Source of the DNA: Eukaryota sp. GEM-RC1
Taxonomy: Eukaryota
Length of the DNA stretch: 64,000 nt
Assembly: GCA_040285855.1 (NCBI GenBank)
Contig: JAUFOQ010000010.1
Location: 992,001-1,056,000, forward strand
Direction of reading: 5' to 3'
How positions within the stretch are numbered: position 1 is the stretch's first letter; each line of letters begins with the position of its first letter. The notes below the pieces were generated by a model. That model was not told the DNA's origin. It was given only the letters and a program-made list of their open reading frames with translations, and did not search any database. Made by a program: the position numbers and the translations under genes. Below, in pieces: positions 33,118-47,250 of this stretch.

Positions 33118-34814
33118 ATGGAACATAACATCAGAAAAAGAACTGCTGTTACATCTCCCTCCAGAGGAAGCGATCCTCCTCCTCATTCCTTCAGTTCTAA
33201 AGCTGGCGAAGAGTCACATACTTCCACTCTTCGTCCATCCCACGAAGAATATGAACTTCCCTCGGTAGCCCCCTTCACTGCCAAAATCGTGAACGTTGCT
33301 TACAGCGCAACAGAAGCCGACATCAAGCAAGCTTTCTCCTCTCTGCACGTTAAAGAAGTTCGATCTCCTAGTAATATGCCGGGTACGTTCTTTGTCGAAT
33401 TTCTCGATGTTCAAGGACTCAAGCAATGTTTAGATAAGTACTGGGTGTTTAAGATCCATGGCCACCCTATCCATACCTATGTAGCCTCTGCTCCTCAGTT
33501 TTCTGTTAAACCATTGAATACTAGTAACATCTCTTCTAAACCTAATGCTGAACCTAAACCACTTGAACTTCTCCCTTTGACATCCTCCTTCCAAACTCCT
33601 TCTATGTGCTTACGAGCTCAGCAGTCCTTGCTAATTCTCATTCATGTTCATTTGTTAAAACTTCTTTGTAAGTCTGCTCTTGAATTCGATTACTATGCAC
33701 CTAGTCTTCATCTCCTAAAGTTCAAGGATGAACTTCCAACATTCTTCAGGAAAGTTGGATATGTAAGCCATCGTTTCTTTGAATCTGCTCTACTTACAAC
33801 CAAGGTGTTTCTCCAAACAAACACGTTCCATGTAGAATCTGAAGACCTTCATCAAATCCATTCTTTTGCTTCTTTCTTTGGAGCAAGTATATCATGTGTT
33901 TTCTTACACGTATACGGGATCTTTAATGTAGAAGAATTTCTCAATTATTCTAATGAAATTTCAGGATTGGAATTGGAAATCGAGAATGACAATGACTTGG
34001 AGTTTCTGAACAGTGCATCTTTGATCTTTCCACGTCTTAAACAACTCCATGTGTCTGTTGATCGCTCTATTGCTATGGCGTTGATCGAATTATTGAAATG
34101 TAATGCTATAGTGACAAGTATTGATCTTAAGGACAATTCCATTAGAGCAAAGGTGCTAGATCTCTGGCGGAGGTGTTAAACGTTAATACCACAGTCACAA
34201 GTGTTAATCTGTGGTGGAACTCTATTGGAGATGATGGTGTTAGAGCTTTATCTGAGGCTTTAAAAGCAAATGAAACAGTTTCAAATATTAATCTTGGCGG
34301 AAATTTAATTGGGATTGAAGGTGCTAGATTATTTGCAGAGGCTTTGAAAGTTAACAATGCAGTTACAAGTATTGTTATAAAGAACAATTTCATTAGTGAT
34401 GAAGGTGCTACAGCTTTGGCAGAGGCACTCAAAGTTAATACTTCAGTTAAAAGTATTAATCTGAGTACCAACTCTATTGGAGATCACGGTTTTATTGATC
34501 TAGCAGAGGCACTCAAAGTTAACACTACAATTACAAGTGTTAATCTAAGTTCAAACTATGTAGGAGATCTTGGTACTAGAGCTTTGGCTGAGGCGTTAAA
34601 AGTTAACACTACAATTAAAGATATTGAGCTGGACAACAACTCTATTGGAGATGACGGTGCTAGAGCTTTGGCAGACGCGTTAATAGAAAATGTTGCAGTT
34701 ACAAGCATCAATCTAGGCGCAAACTCTATTGGAGATGAAGGCGTCAGCGTTTTGGCAAATGCTTTAATAGTCAATAGGAAAGTTAAAATACTTGGAGTTT
34801 ATCAACTTCCTTGA
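33118..34814 (+). CDS. RRM (eIF4B/eIF4H-like) + family N-domain + RI-like LRR protein, one -1 shift at ~34150
   Basis: ATG at 33118; ELPSVAPFTAKIVNVAYSATEADIKQAF..VKEVR..FFVEF; same N-domain as 31816; LRR continues in ORF 34173-34814. Confidence 0.75.
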
Positions 34815-35839
34815 GTTTTGTAGCTTTCTGTAGGTGTTGATTTTATTCTTCTCGTGAGGAACAAGTGTGAGTTGATGGGATTGCAGTCCTCTGTTTTTCT
34901 TCTGATCTGACAAATAAAGGTCTTTTATATCACTAAAACGCATCATATATCTACTATAACTCGCTGACTTACATCTTCGTCTCTTATGTCCTGTCGATGT
35001 TGCAAAAGAATGGCACCCAGATACTGTGTTTTTACGTCAGTTCAAAACATATGAGAGTTCAAAGATTCTGTGATTTTCTGTAACGATTCTGTCTGTTCAT
35101 ATGTTAAATTCATATAGCTTGTTTTACGCAATTTACCGGGCGAAGTGATTCTATGTGAGTGAAGATGTTTTTGAAGAACAAGACCCGCATCTTGAGTGGA
35201 AAATGACACTTTGGAGGTGCCATACATCGTTTAGAGTGAGGAGTATAGGTTTTTAAGAGATGATGATCATCCTCTGATTCGCAAGATGCATAAATCAGCT
35301 TCAAGTTCTCCATCTTTCACGATAGCGCTGGAAGCTTTAAGAAGATTGAGCGTCATTTGTATTAAAGAATGAAGAAAAGGTAATTTTTAGCATCCGAAAT
35401 TAAGTTTAAGTGGTTGAAAGTAACGTCACTTCGCAATTAATGTCGTCATTAGTCAATTTCAAAAAGAATTATTGACACTTATTTGGAAATTTACTGTTCA
35501 ATTAGTATTTTGGCAGGAATAATACGTCACATTAACCGACCACTAAGCGTGTGACAACATGTACACCCATCACACATCAACCCATCTTAGTGTTAACGTG
35601 GAGATATATGTTTAATTGTATGTTTTTGCATTTTACGTCATTTGTTTGTTCAGTGTGTTTATAAATGTAATACAATTTCTACTAAACAATTTTAACCTCT
35701 TGTTGTTAGTTTTCCCATCGGTCTCACTTGCAAGAACACATGCATCTGTTCCTGAGTCTGACCAAATTCAATCAATTCAAGAAAATTTAAAACATTGGTT
35801 TTACTGACCTATGTATTGTACCATACTCCATCTTGGTTT

Positions 35840-36490
35840 GTCACTTCTTTTATCTAACCAAGTTCACCCCTTTCGAACTAATATTTGGTACCTCTATCGA
35901 TCCGAGACCACCTCCTTCTCACGCTTTCAAACTTCGCACGACATGTCTCAAATACGTCCATATCACGGAGTTTTGTTCCTCCCTTCCTGAAAAAACAGTT
36001 CTTCTGAAAAGATGATGTGAAAAAGCAGAAACAATCGAGATTATTCAGTCGACAAAAAGACTATTGATGGTATTCCCACCACCACTCACTTCCCAGAAGG
36101 TACTCTAGTCCTCCGCTATGTTGAATGAACTGTAGATTGAAGGTACGAGTGATGAGAACCTTTGGATACTGTGGTATGCATTTGACCCTTCATCTCAAGG
36201 TTGTTTTCTCAAACATATCATTCTGAATGGAAAACTTTTGTTGATAGCAGACAAAATAGTCTCCTCAAAGATGAAATTGTTATTGTGGAGGAACTGAATG
36301 ACATCCATTCTGCCAATTGGTCTGCTGATGACCATACCTGGGATACATTCTCCTACTGACGTAATTTCCCTCCTCTCATTAAAGAAAAAACCTCTATTGA
36401 CTCTCACAATAACACAGCTTTAGTCACTGGGATTGATGGCACTACTGTCATTGAGCGTTTAACCGAGATAAAGAAAAACGCATCTTATTG
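35840..36490 (+). mobile_element. Degenerate gypsy integrase C-terminal and chromodomain fragment
   Basis: TKFTPFELIFGTSIDPR matches TRCTPWELMFGSPIDPR of the intact element; FPEGTLVLR; ALVTGIDGTTVIERLTEIKK resembles AHVEWIDGSTSMEPLDEIRK. Confidence 0.7.
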
Positions 36491-37099
36491 AGACTTCTCG
36501 AGACTTCGTTTCTGTCAATGGACTTCATGTCAGCAGCAAATATAAAGCTAAATACATGTTCTAACACGCCTTCCTTAGACCATGAAAGATCCAAAGAGAA
36601 AAATGCCATGTTATTATCCTCGTGCCAACACCTTAAGATTACAGTTGACTCATACCTTGTTATAACTTCATAAACCTGAGTACTATATCTCTTTGTGAAC
36701 CAAAGGCATCACCTTCACCCAGCTTAATTTGAGTTTCCTGGAAAAGACGAACGCGTGCCACTGTTTTAGCAACAAGGTAGCGAAGTGAAGTGTCTAAATT
36801 GTATGAATGAAGAGTATACCAGACGAAGAGTGTCCAGGAAGGCAACCAAGCATCTAAGAAAAGAAGAGTTTCTTAGAAAGAAGGAATTGAGTTCTCTTCT
36901 CGAAATACCCAAATTTAAAAGGCCTCCCAGTGGTGCAAGGAGTGTAGCGAGTACTTGAGCTGGCGAATTTGTCACTGATTCTTCTTTACAAAATAGAACG
37001 AGAAAAATTGAGTTTTTGAAGGTATGTGAATAAACGACAATTCAAAATGGACTCGATTGGATAATTACCTTCAATTAAGAACTATTTCTGGATGCACCA

Positions 37100-38935
37100 A
37101 TGCACAAAAGGGTCGCCAAAGACACTCCAATTGAAATCGACTTAATCGATTCCAAGCCCAGTGTGGTAAAGCAAGACTTGTTTATTATCTCAGAGCAAGT
37201 CAAAATTATCCTCGGTTGTGATTACCTGAGAAAGATTGGTTGTCTTACTGACACATCTTTTCACTTCCAACCGAATCAAAAACTTGATACTGATGATGAT
37301 CCTGTGGTAGAACTATACCCAACAATTCTTCAGACAGATCAGGCTTCCAATTCAACAAATGATATCACCATTCAAGGGTTTTCAGAGGACCAACAAGAAG
37401 ACCTACGAGTATTACTTGAGGAATTCAGTGACGTCTTTGATCCAAATATGCCACCTCAAGGTATAAAATGCGAACCTCTAGCCCTACTCCTCAAATTCGA
37501 TAAGATCGTTTCTTCGTCTCCTAGACCATTACCTCCACGAAAACTCAAACTTGCAAATGCGATTTTCGACTCCCCTTATTGAAAAAGGCCTAGCCCGACC
37601 ATCAACTTCTCCCTACTCTTCTCCAATGGTACTCGTTGAAAAATCTCGAAAGGAACCCCGTCTCACAGGAAATTCTGGTCACTGGTATTCCTGACATACC
37701 TAAACTGTCAGAAATTCACGAAAAACTACCTAGAGCGAACGTTATTGCATGTTTTGACCTTCCGCGTGCCTTCCATCAAATTCCTGTTCTAGAACAAGAT
37801 ATCCCGAAGACCGCCATAGCCATACCGGGTAGGAAAATAGAATATCTCAGAGCTCCCTTCGGCTTTGCTAATATTCCAGGTCATTTCCAGAAACAAATAT
37901 CCAATATCCTTGATAGCGACCATACTTGGATCTACATCGACGACCTGACTGAGTTCGAAACAACTTACGAAAACTTCCATAACAATCTTGTTTGGATTTT
38001 GTCCACATGTAGAGAACATAACATTCGGCTTTCTCCTCAGATAAGCATTATCACCACCAACACGTTTTCAATTCGCATCGTTGGAACGATTTTCTGTAAC
38101 GGTCAACGACTTCCCGACCCAGAAAAGACGTCTGCTTTAACCGACCTCCCTTTTCCCAAAAATTCAACTGAACTTCGCTCCTTCCTTGAATGTGTAAACT
38201 TTCTTCGAGATTTTATCCCAAATCTAAGCGAATCTAGAGTCAAACTCGATGAACTGATCAATCAAGACAGATTTGGAACCATCAGCGGAACACGAAGACT
38301 ATTTTAACGAAATCAAAGCTAAAGTTGCAAACATTATACCACTTACTTTACCAGGCCCAGACACCTGACTCATTGTAACAACTGATGCATCAACTAAAGC
38401 CATAGGTGCTACAATTTTTATAGAAACCGTGCCTTATCAACCGAACAACCCGCTTTCAGAACGCTCTTTGAAAGCTGTTGCCTTCTTCTCCAGAAAACTG
38501 ACTAAATGTCAACAATCCTGGCCGACTATTAAACAGGAACTCTATGGTATTGTTGCAACGTTAACCTACCAACCCAACCGAGAACTTCTATTGGGTAGAC
38601 ATTTTGAACTACACACTGATCACCGAAATGGTCTCTTTCTGTTAAACAACAGTGAAAACAATCCACTTTTCACCAGATGGAAACCGATTCTCAGCGAATA
38701 TGATTTCTCTATCCATCATATCAATGGGAAAGATAAGCAATGGGCGCATCTTGTGTCTCGACTTCCACAGGAAGAAACAAATGTCTTAACTTGTCTCACA
38801 TTCGCTGACAATGAGATCTTCCGTAATTTCGATCTCCAAAATCTGATCTCCGATAAAGAAAGCCTATTTGAATTCATCGACACAATTCACCGTGAAAATG
38901 GACACTTGAGCAAAAACAGACTGAATCGCATTTAA
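37100..38935 (+). mobile_element. Degenerate Ty3/gypsy pol (end of protease, RT, RNase H)
   Basis: ILGCDYL; FDLPRAFHQ, APFGFAN, YIDD; TDAS; KQELYGIV, TDHRN; several frameshifts; no LTRs seen. Confidence 0.88.
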
Positions 38936-39899
38936 AGTGGCAGCAAATACAGTGGCCACGATAAAAAAAATGACAAGGTAATAATTAGTACTGATCGATA
39001 TTTGTTTGGTTACTTTACATTTATAAAAACAAAACGTCGTATTAAAGAAGATCAATGACCAGTTTTTTGCTGATATTCATACTAGTACAATAAACTGAGA
39101 AGTAGACTTTCTGATGCCATTTCTTGTATGATTCAATTAGTAGGTAAAAACGATTCAAAGTGACAAAAATTTCTTTTATCACCAATACACATTTATTAGA
39201 AAAGTTTGATTTTCTGTGTTAATGGATTTGGAACTGTGGATAAGTTGCTCTAATAATAAGAAAAATTGTTGGCTTGGCATTTTCCAGTTTGACTGAATTA
39301 AATTCAATTAATACTGTTTAAATCTGTTCAAAACATCACAAATGATAACACTAGATAATTAAGTACATATTGTTACTTCAATATTAATATAAAAAAATTT
39401 CGAGTGATGAAACTTGTTTTCACCAACAACGTAAATTAGTAATTAAATACTTCAAAGTTTTCACCTTCTACTCTAAAACAGAAGTAACGGGAGTATAATA
39501 AGCATTGAGAGTGACAATGTAAGTTCCCTTGTAAACTGGCCACACTATAACAATACTAGAAACAGCTGCTCTGTCTTTGGAGTAAGTAATACAAGTAGAA
39601 GCTGTTATGAAAGAACTAGAATGTTTAAGTACAAAATGATCATAAAAACCAATCATAGAACTAGTAAACAAATGAGAAGTAAGCGTTTCAGTGTCAGACA
39701 TTAGAAAGATAGATTTAGTAGAAGGAGAAGCTGATGGAGAGAGTTTGATCAATGTTTAAGTAACTCAACGACTTTAAAAGTATGATCGAAAATTTTTGAA
39801 GAAGAAGAATGTCGAAAAGATGTTGGAGATTGAATTTTACAGAGAGAAACAATCCTGACAGAACATTCATTAAAGGAAGTAACACGATAACAGTATAGA

Positions 39900-40606
39900 A
39901 ATAGAAGAATATGAACATAAGAAACACTTTGATTGTGAAGATAAATAGCAAGGGACCAAATTCCAATTCCAATCCTGAAATTATAGGAGCATAACTCATC
40001 AACATTTAAGGTCTTGCCCACGTGTAAGAAAATGGACTTGGGATTTGCTTCAAAGAAAGAAGCAAGTCAAAAGAGTTGGGGAAGAGTTGTTTTGTTTTGG
40101 TTGGAAAAACACGTTGACTGCTGAAAGGGCTGATTCGAAGAAATGATGGCTTACATAACCAACTTTCTTGAAAAAATTAGGAAGATCTTTCCTCAAACAA
40201 AGGAAAGCACGACGAGGTTCATAACGATTCCACTCAAGAAAAGACTTACAGAGACTTCTCAGCAAGTGAACATTAATGAGAATTAACAAGGACTGCTGAG
40301 TTCGCAAGCATCTTGAAGGAGATCATCTAAACATTGCTTGAGTCCTTGAACATCAAGAAATTCGACAAAGAACGTACCCGGCATATTACTAGGAGATCGA
40401 ACTTCTTTAATTGGAAGAGAGTGTTTAATGTCCGATTCTGTTGCACTGTTTGCAACGTTGACGATTTCGGCAGTGAATGGTGTCTCAGAGGTAAGTTCAT
40501 ATTCTTCGTGGGACGGACGTGGGGTGGAAACGTAGCGTTGTTCGTCAGCTCTTGAATTGGAGGAAAAACGATGACGGTCATGCTGAAACTGACTCTGAGA
40601 TGGCAC
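39900..40606 (-). pseudogene. Disrupted paralog of the RRM + N-domain LRR gene
   Basis: RPSHEEYEL..PFTAEIVNVA..VRSPSNMPGTFFVEFLDVQGLKQCLD, then QQSLLILI..KKVGYVSHHFFESAL, then YAPIISGLEL; deletions and shifts; no RI-type LRRs follow. Confidence 0.8.
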
Positions 40607-41823
40607 TTTAGTTTATGAAACAGAAGATAATGCAGCTATACATGTAATTAATTCATGAATTGTTATTGGTGTTGACATGGTGGGAGTCATGACACTATGA
40701 TTGCTTGACATCATAACATCAAATAGATGGTCGTGTACTCTAATAAAAACTCTAAAAAAAACTGAAGATGAGAGTGTATCTGAACAGCTCAAATAAAACC
40801 ACCTCTGATTAACAATCAGTTGTGCCGTTAAGCCACTCTTGTCTCCCCTAATCTTCTGGACACTGTAGTCAGTCATTGCATGACACAATCGCAAAATTAA
40901 CACCATGAAAAAGCTTGTGTACAATTTATAAGTTTCCAAGTTAAAATAGAAGTCGTACAACCACTCGCTTAAAAAAAACTCGCTTGTGAGAACTTAAGGC
41001 CAAAACTTTAACAAAGCCATGCTTGTGTGAAATTGTATGAATTGTTGTATTATAAAATTGATAATAGCTTAAGAACTAAATCTTCTACTTGAAGTTGCTC
41101 TAGTAGAATAACAGTAACATGAAACTGAAACAGGCCATTAGTGTTATTTCAAACGTTGAAATAAAACTGATGTTTTCTTCAACAGTCTCAAGTTTTCTGA
41201 TTGTAAATTAACGAAATACACACTACTCGTCTAGGTACTTAAATGATATATTGTATCACATGTTGATCATAAACTCTTGAATCACTGTATAATATGTCCA
41301 GTTCACGACTCAGCTACATTATAAAACATCCCACGAAAAATAATACACGGTGACGTCAATTACGGTGATTGTTATCATAGATTTATTACGACGTTTGTTG
41401 GGGAGCAACCATGGCGAAAACCGAAAACCAGCTTCCAAATAATAAAATTCCAGCATTCCTCAACTATCAAAAACAGACATTGTCAGATTCAATCTAATAA
41501 ACAAAAAATCGGAAATATCAGTATCGAATTTGCGTTTTGAGCAAAGTTTGATTAATCAACTGAAATTCTTTAAAAGGATTTTGGCAAACCATCTCTGCAA
41601 TTACTGATCGACCAAAATTGAGTTGTTTAACACAAGTTTCTAATTACTGACGAATCTAATCACTACATGTAGCATGTGATTAACTCATACAGTTAACTCT
41701 CAAAGTGCATTTTTCTTTCCTTTTCCGATTGAACAGAAAAATGAAAAGATTACAGAGTGCTGATAACATTGAAATACAAAAATATAAAATTGTAGAAAAC
41801 TGGATTTATTTGCAATTTACGGT

Positions 41824-43408
41824 CTATTCATCATCAAAATCATTCATCTGATTCATCCAATCCTGATGCCAGTCCATGCCAGGCTGTTGATGCTGCATCC
41901 ATGGATAGAACTTCTTCTGCTTCTTCTTCTTTGAACATCCTCCGCCACATCCACCTCCTTTTACCTTGATACAAACAGTAGGTCCGCCACAGCACTTCTT
42001 CTTCTTCTTAGGCTTGGGAATACAAGGACAAAGAGCCGCATTCCAAGTAGTTGAACCAGCAGGATGTCCATTGATATAAGCCAGAGTCTTGAGACGTTTC
42101 AAAGGTCCCATCATTTGACCAAACTGACTTATTCCATTATCAAAGAAGGTCTCATCAAAGTCGTTATTCTCTTCATCATCGTCTTCATCCTCATCTTGGT
42201 CCAATCCAGGGAACATTTGGGCGAAGAAAGGATTGTAGAGGGAAGCGAACTTGTTACATTTTTTTAGTGAAAAAGGTCACGTTGAAGGTGACAGTCTCCC
42301 CAGCTCCTACTTCAGTAAACAACTTTGGAGAAATACTGAACAAATCAGTAGGGAAGGCCTTCTTTAACTTGACGGTGACGTTTCCATTGATTGGTTCAGT
42401 TGCAAATTGTTCAAAGAACTCAATAATGGCAGCTGCCACCTCATCAGGGTCACTAGCTTCCGTTACTGGGAATACTCCACCAAATCCAAGTTCATCAACT
42501 AAATCCTCATAGATAGCTACAACAGGGGGAGTGATCAAAAGAGAGGTTCAATCTGGGCAGTTGTTAGAGCTTCTCTCACTTGATCTACTGTTGGATAGTC
42601 TTCTTCTGGGTTAATGTCTGGGCCACATTGGTTATCCATAGTACACACAACGTTGGCTTGGAAGAGCTGGCAGGCAGGGCCTTCGTGGAATGGAGCATCA
42701 GTTACAACAATCATGACTCGGGTTCTAGCGTTGTTATTGAGAGGAAGGAAGCCAAAGTCAACGGCGTTTCTGGAGATGTGCTTCATCACGGTGAGTTGGG
42801 CTTCAGGAATATCACCACCAGAGCCAGTTGTTAGAGCATTGATGGCTGCTTCCCATTGAGCTTGGTTGTTGGTGAGAGGAGAGTATAGTTGGAAGGTGGT
42901 ATCAGTAGGGGCTCCAAAGGGTTGGTGGAGTTTGTCCATATATCCGGAGATTCCGAATCTAAGATCAGGGAACTCATTCAGGACAATGTCCGCAGCATTG
43001 ATGATAAGCTGTTGGATTGGAGGTAATACTTCTTCAAAGGACTCTGTGAGATCAATGGCAAGCATGACATCAGGGAGAACAGTAACATTGGTGGGGGGAG
43101 GAACATCCTCAACGGTGACATCAACAGTCATCGTCAAAGGATCAGCACATCCTACTAGAAGATCAACCTCTTGGGGCTATGATGAAGGAAAGGGAAGTCT
43201 AACATACAACAACTTGATTGTCTCCTTCATCAATACGGAAAACTTGAGAATTGCAGCCTGGAATACAATGACTATGATGTCTTCCCATTTTCCCCTTGAA
43301 TCCATGAGAAGGATATCCTTTGTATCCATGTTGAGGCGGATAGGGATAGTGAGCAAACGCTTGTATTATAGTCAAGCTCAGTAGCGCTAATATACACAGA
43401 CGTATCAT
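41824..43408 (-). CDS. Secreted integrin-beta-like (hybrid + beta-I/vWA) protein, copy 1; 31-nt intron 43177-43207; two single-base shifts
   Basis: Hydrophobic signal peptide; DVMLAIDLTES (MIDAS-like), LRFGISGYMDK, GGDIPEA, VVTDAPFH, DYPTVDQV..IEPLF, GETVTFNVTF; intron GTATGT...CATAG restores the frame; no TM segment seen. Confidence 0.8.
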
Positions 43409-46400
43409 GAACACAGAAACAGTGGCTACAGTTCGAACTCAGCTCAATTCAATACATGTCTACAGTCATGTTGACAACTTGACATCTTCACTATGCAGTA
43501 GGAACGAGTTTGTTTTGCAGCTTTTTCATTGCCATAATCCAGTATGCACATGAAATGTATGACAGCGGACTTACCACATAATCAATGAACTGAGATTCTG
43601 TTATTGAGGGCCTCAACTTGAGGCCGTGTTCATCTTTTGTTTCATTTTCTTCTCTCTATTGTTATACATTAATAGAACGTGTAAGACATCATCATGACCA
43701 GTAATAATTGGTGGTTTTATTGTATCTGATGAATGTTAATCACAACAGGTTGTAAAGCTGCTCTACTGTCTTACAACTAGCCACTTTCGAAGAAGTCTTG
43801 AGTAATTACCAGTAAGTTCTTGAACTGATTAATATCGGTTGGAAGCTTATGGTGCAAGTACTCTTTAGGAATACCAGAAGTAGTTGATCAAAGGGAAGGC
43901 TTTGAAGCTTTTTAATGTCAACTACTGGATAGAGCACATTTTGAGAATAAAACTTAGTAACACAAGACTTTGATTATAATCTAAATTTCGTTTTTAATGC
44001 TATACATGAGTGTATACTAGTATTCAAGAATCTTTTCATCCACCAGTATTGACAAGGCCTCTAAGCTCTCATTCTAAAATTACATTTGGACCTTTTTATT
44101 CTGACATGTACTTTCTGAGAATAAAAACTACCCAATGGAGGGCTTCTTCATGTGGAAGAAGCCCTTATTCTGAACCCCAATACAACTTTTCGGGCTCAAT
44201 TCTTCTGTTTGATGGTTCAGGTTGATGAGTAATACACTATATTTGGTCTCAATGATGATGTAAGATGGAGTGTAGATCAGCTCAGCTTTGAACTTTGTGA
44301 AACTGTTGCTAAATATCCACAAGACTTTGATGGAAACCAGTAAATTAAGTAATGGAGAAGAATGTCATTTTATTGTCAAATTTGGAGTTCTATAAAAAAA
44401 TGTTTGAGAAATTGTGCAAGTTTGGTGTGAAGGTTAATGTTGAAAAACGAAATCTTTTAACAGATGGGGATGAAGTCGTGTGGATTTAGTCTTAGTATTA
44501 TTTGTTTGTTTTTGTAATTTCATAGTTTTGTAGGAAGGTTACTTTTTGTCGCTGATACAACCAATAAAGATGGTACAGTCTACCCCAGTAACGACAATTG
44601 TATTGTTTTGTGTTTTTGCAACAATATATTTATTGCTCGACTCCACAACAAACAATATATGGTACATTAACACAATACAATATTTGTCATTTTGTGCACC
44701 TATACCAAGAATCACATACCTGCCAACATCTGTTCTTCACATTACAACCAAACTATTGGACGATATGTCACTCTCAATTGTTCATTAGGAATCCTCTGAT
44801 GAATGAAGTAAATATTACCCAAAATTCTGATGGTATGTCTTTTGAGCAACATTTAAAGGAAATTAACAGCGCTCAGACTCTTAGCAACCAGACAGTACAA
44901 ATGATCTATTATTCACACCCTCATCCAGTTAAGACATTGACAACTTTTTCAATACAGCATAGAACACTCTCACTGATCGTCCAAACCGATTTTAATGTCG
45001 CAAAATCAATTTTGCATTTACTACTACCAGAAATCAGCATACAGTGTCCTGTGTTAGGACTCGGGAAGCAGAAAGTGAAGTTGTATAGGTAAAAAGCAAT
45101 TATTCAGATTGATGATAGCTTTCAATAAAGCAGAAATATTGTATTGTTATTTATTGTTTTTTCTCACAATATACCTACAATACAATACAATATTTGATTG
45201 GACAATATATTTATTGCTCGATCAAACAATAAACAATACAATAAATACAATATATATACAATATAGTGCGCTCATTTTGGTACGTACTATATCCAGAAGC
45301 GCACTATATAGAGTAAGATGATTGTGCACGATGATGATTGTATCTATGGTCTTTATTGTTTATAAACTAGGTTCGCAGTACGTTTGTTCAGAAGATGAGC
45401 AAGGTCACGGTTCCGGTACAGCTGAAGAACGGGAGTAGTGCTCATTTTAATTTTATGCGGGTGGTTTGAGACGAAAAAGTGTACATCCAGAGTCCTAATC
45501 AATTGACTCAGAAACACTTAGTTCTCTTCCAATTCAACATGAGGAAGACAAGAGTGAAGTTGTGAAAAGGTCAGATGGATCACAAAACCTCACAAGCGTA
45601 GTTTTCAAGCAATCTACGACAGGAAGTGGTGAGTACAAAGTTCTGAAGGACCTCAAACACAATAAAAGCCCACCACTTGCTGAGGAAGTGGTGATTCTCA
45701 CAATTCTTCTCAATATCACCAAAATAGACACCACATACATTGTCAACGGTATCTGTTTCTTCTATATCAGTAGAGAGAGGAGAAGTCAAAGAGCAAACTG
45801 AGATGCTCTCAGTGAAGAACAGAAGTTGTCTCAGCTGAAGAGTAACGTCCACAAAGATCACGGAAGCAACTGTTGATGTAGTCTCATATTGAGAAAGGAT
45901 AACACGATGAAGTTTATTGAGGAAAGATGACTATAATAAAAGTGATGGAATGTACCAAAAGAGAACATGGCACGACAGAAGGAGATACGATATACCAACA
46001 GTGTTGGGGGAGACAAATGTCTGGCAGTGAAAAGTAGCACACTATATCCAGGGTAGACTGTAATCAAAGGTTTTTGAAGTGTTGTCATGTTTACTGTAAG
46101 TTTGACTGGATAATTAATCTGACTCAGACTATTGTGGAAATTACTTGAGGAATTCAGAGTTCATAATTAGTCTGAGTCAGACTCATTACGGCGGGACTGT
46201 ACTTTTTAATAAATTATAAGTTTCCAAGATGTTTGGAGGCAACTACTTTTCGGAATTAGGTAGTTCGTTTGATAATTTGTTTTAATAGTGTTTATTTATT
46301 TGTTGTTTTCTTATTATGTGTTTTTCTCCACACATAAATCCGTTTTTTTAGTTATATAATAGTTTCTTGATGTCTAGTTTCTGATTGTGTGATCGCATCA

Positions 46401-46789
46401 TCACACTATGAGAAAAAAACCTATTTTGTTTAGGTTATATATAGAGAGACGTGCTTTGCAGGTACAATTTTCTTCATGTACGTAACATCATTTGCACTCG
46501 TCTATGATATTATTTGCACCACATCAAAATGTGAACAAGTCAAATTATTGCTCATTTCTAACTTTAAGCCCAAATGACAGTAATGATTCTAAACACAGCT
46601 TGACACTATGAACTGGAAATTAGAGTATAATAATATTAGCAATGTTTGGATCAGGTTTATATGCACCAATAAATGAAGTCGTACTATTTCAGAAAATGAA
46701 AGAAGATAAATTCTCTACATCAACAAAATTATCCTTATACAACTTCGAATAAATGGTAGATAAATACTTGGGAATGATTGTATATATAG

Positions 46790-47250
46790 AGAAACCATAA
46801 TTCTGTTAATCCACACAGAACCATTAACAAATTTACCATTGGAACATTATATAAGACTAAAATCACTGGAATTTATTTAAACCGGATGGACTAATATTAC
46901 CAAAAATTGAAATCGCAAAAGGTACAAATGAGAATTTAGAATATGAATTTTCATTGTGCTTCATGTTTTTGAGAGCATCCGGATAATTAGATCACTTTCG
47001 CTGTTGTTTTAAGGATCACCATTGAAAAAATTCAAAATAGAATCGTTGCAGATTTTTGAAAACAGGTCAACTGTAGTAAAAGCAACCACAACTTGAGATG
47101 AATCCAGGAAAGGAGCAATTAGGCCGCCATACCGAGAATCAAACCCGTTATTGTCACTACAATGTTTCAGAAGAGGTTCAATTTCACAACGGTGATTATA
47201 GGATTTGAACATTTCATAAGTAACATCATTAACAGCATTATGTAGCATGT
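46790..47250 (-). mobile_element. Relic of the C-terminal RLE region of a non-LTR retrotransposon
   Basis: LHNAVNDVTYEMFK..IEPLL..DSSQVV..TTVD parallels ORF 54655-55701. Confidence 0.75.

Noticed and set aside
42580..43384. Plus-strand ORFs over the integrin-like genes (also 48974-49498)
   Set aside because: Antisense shadows of the minus-strand gene.
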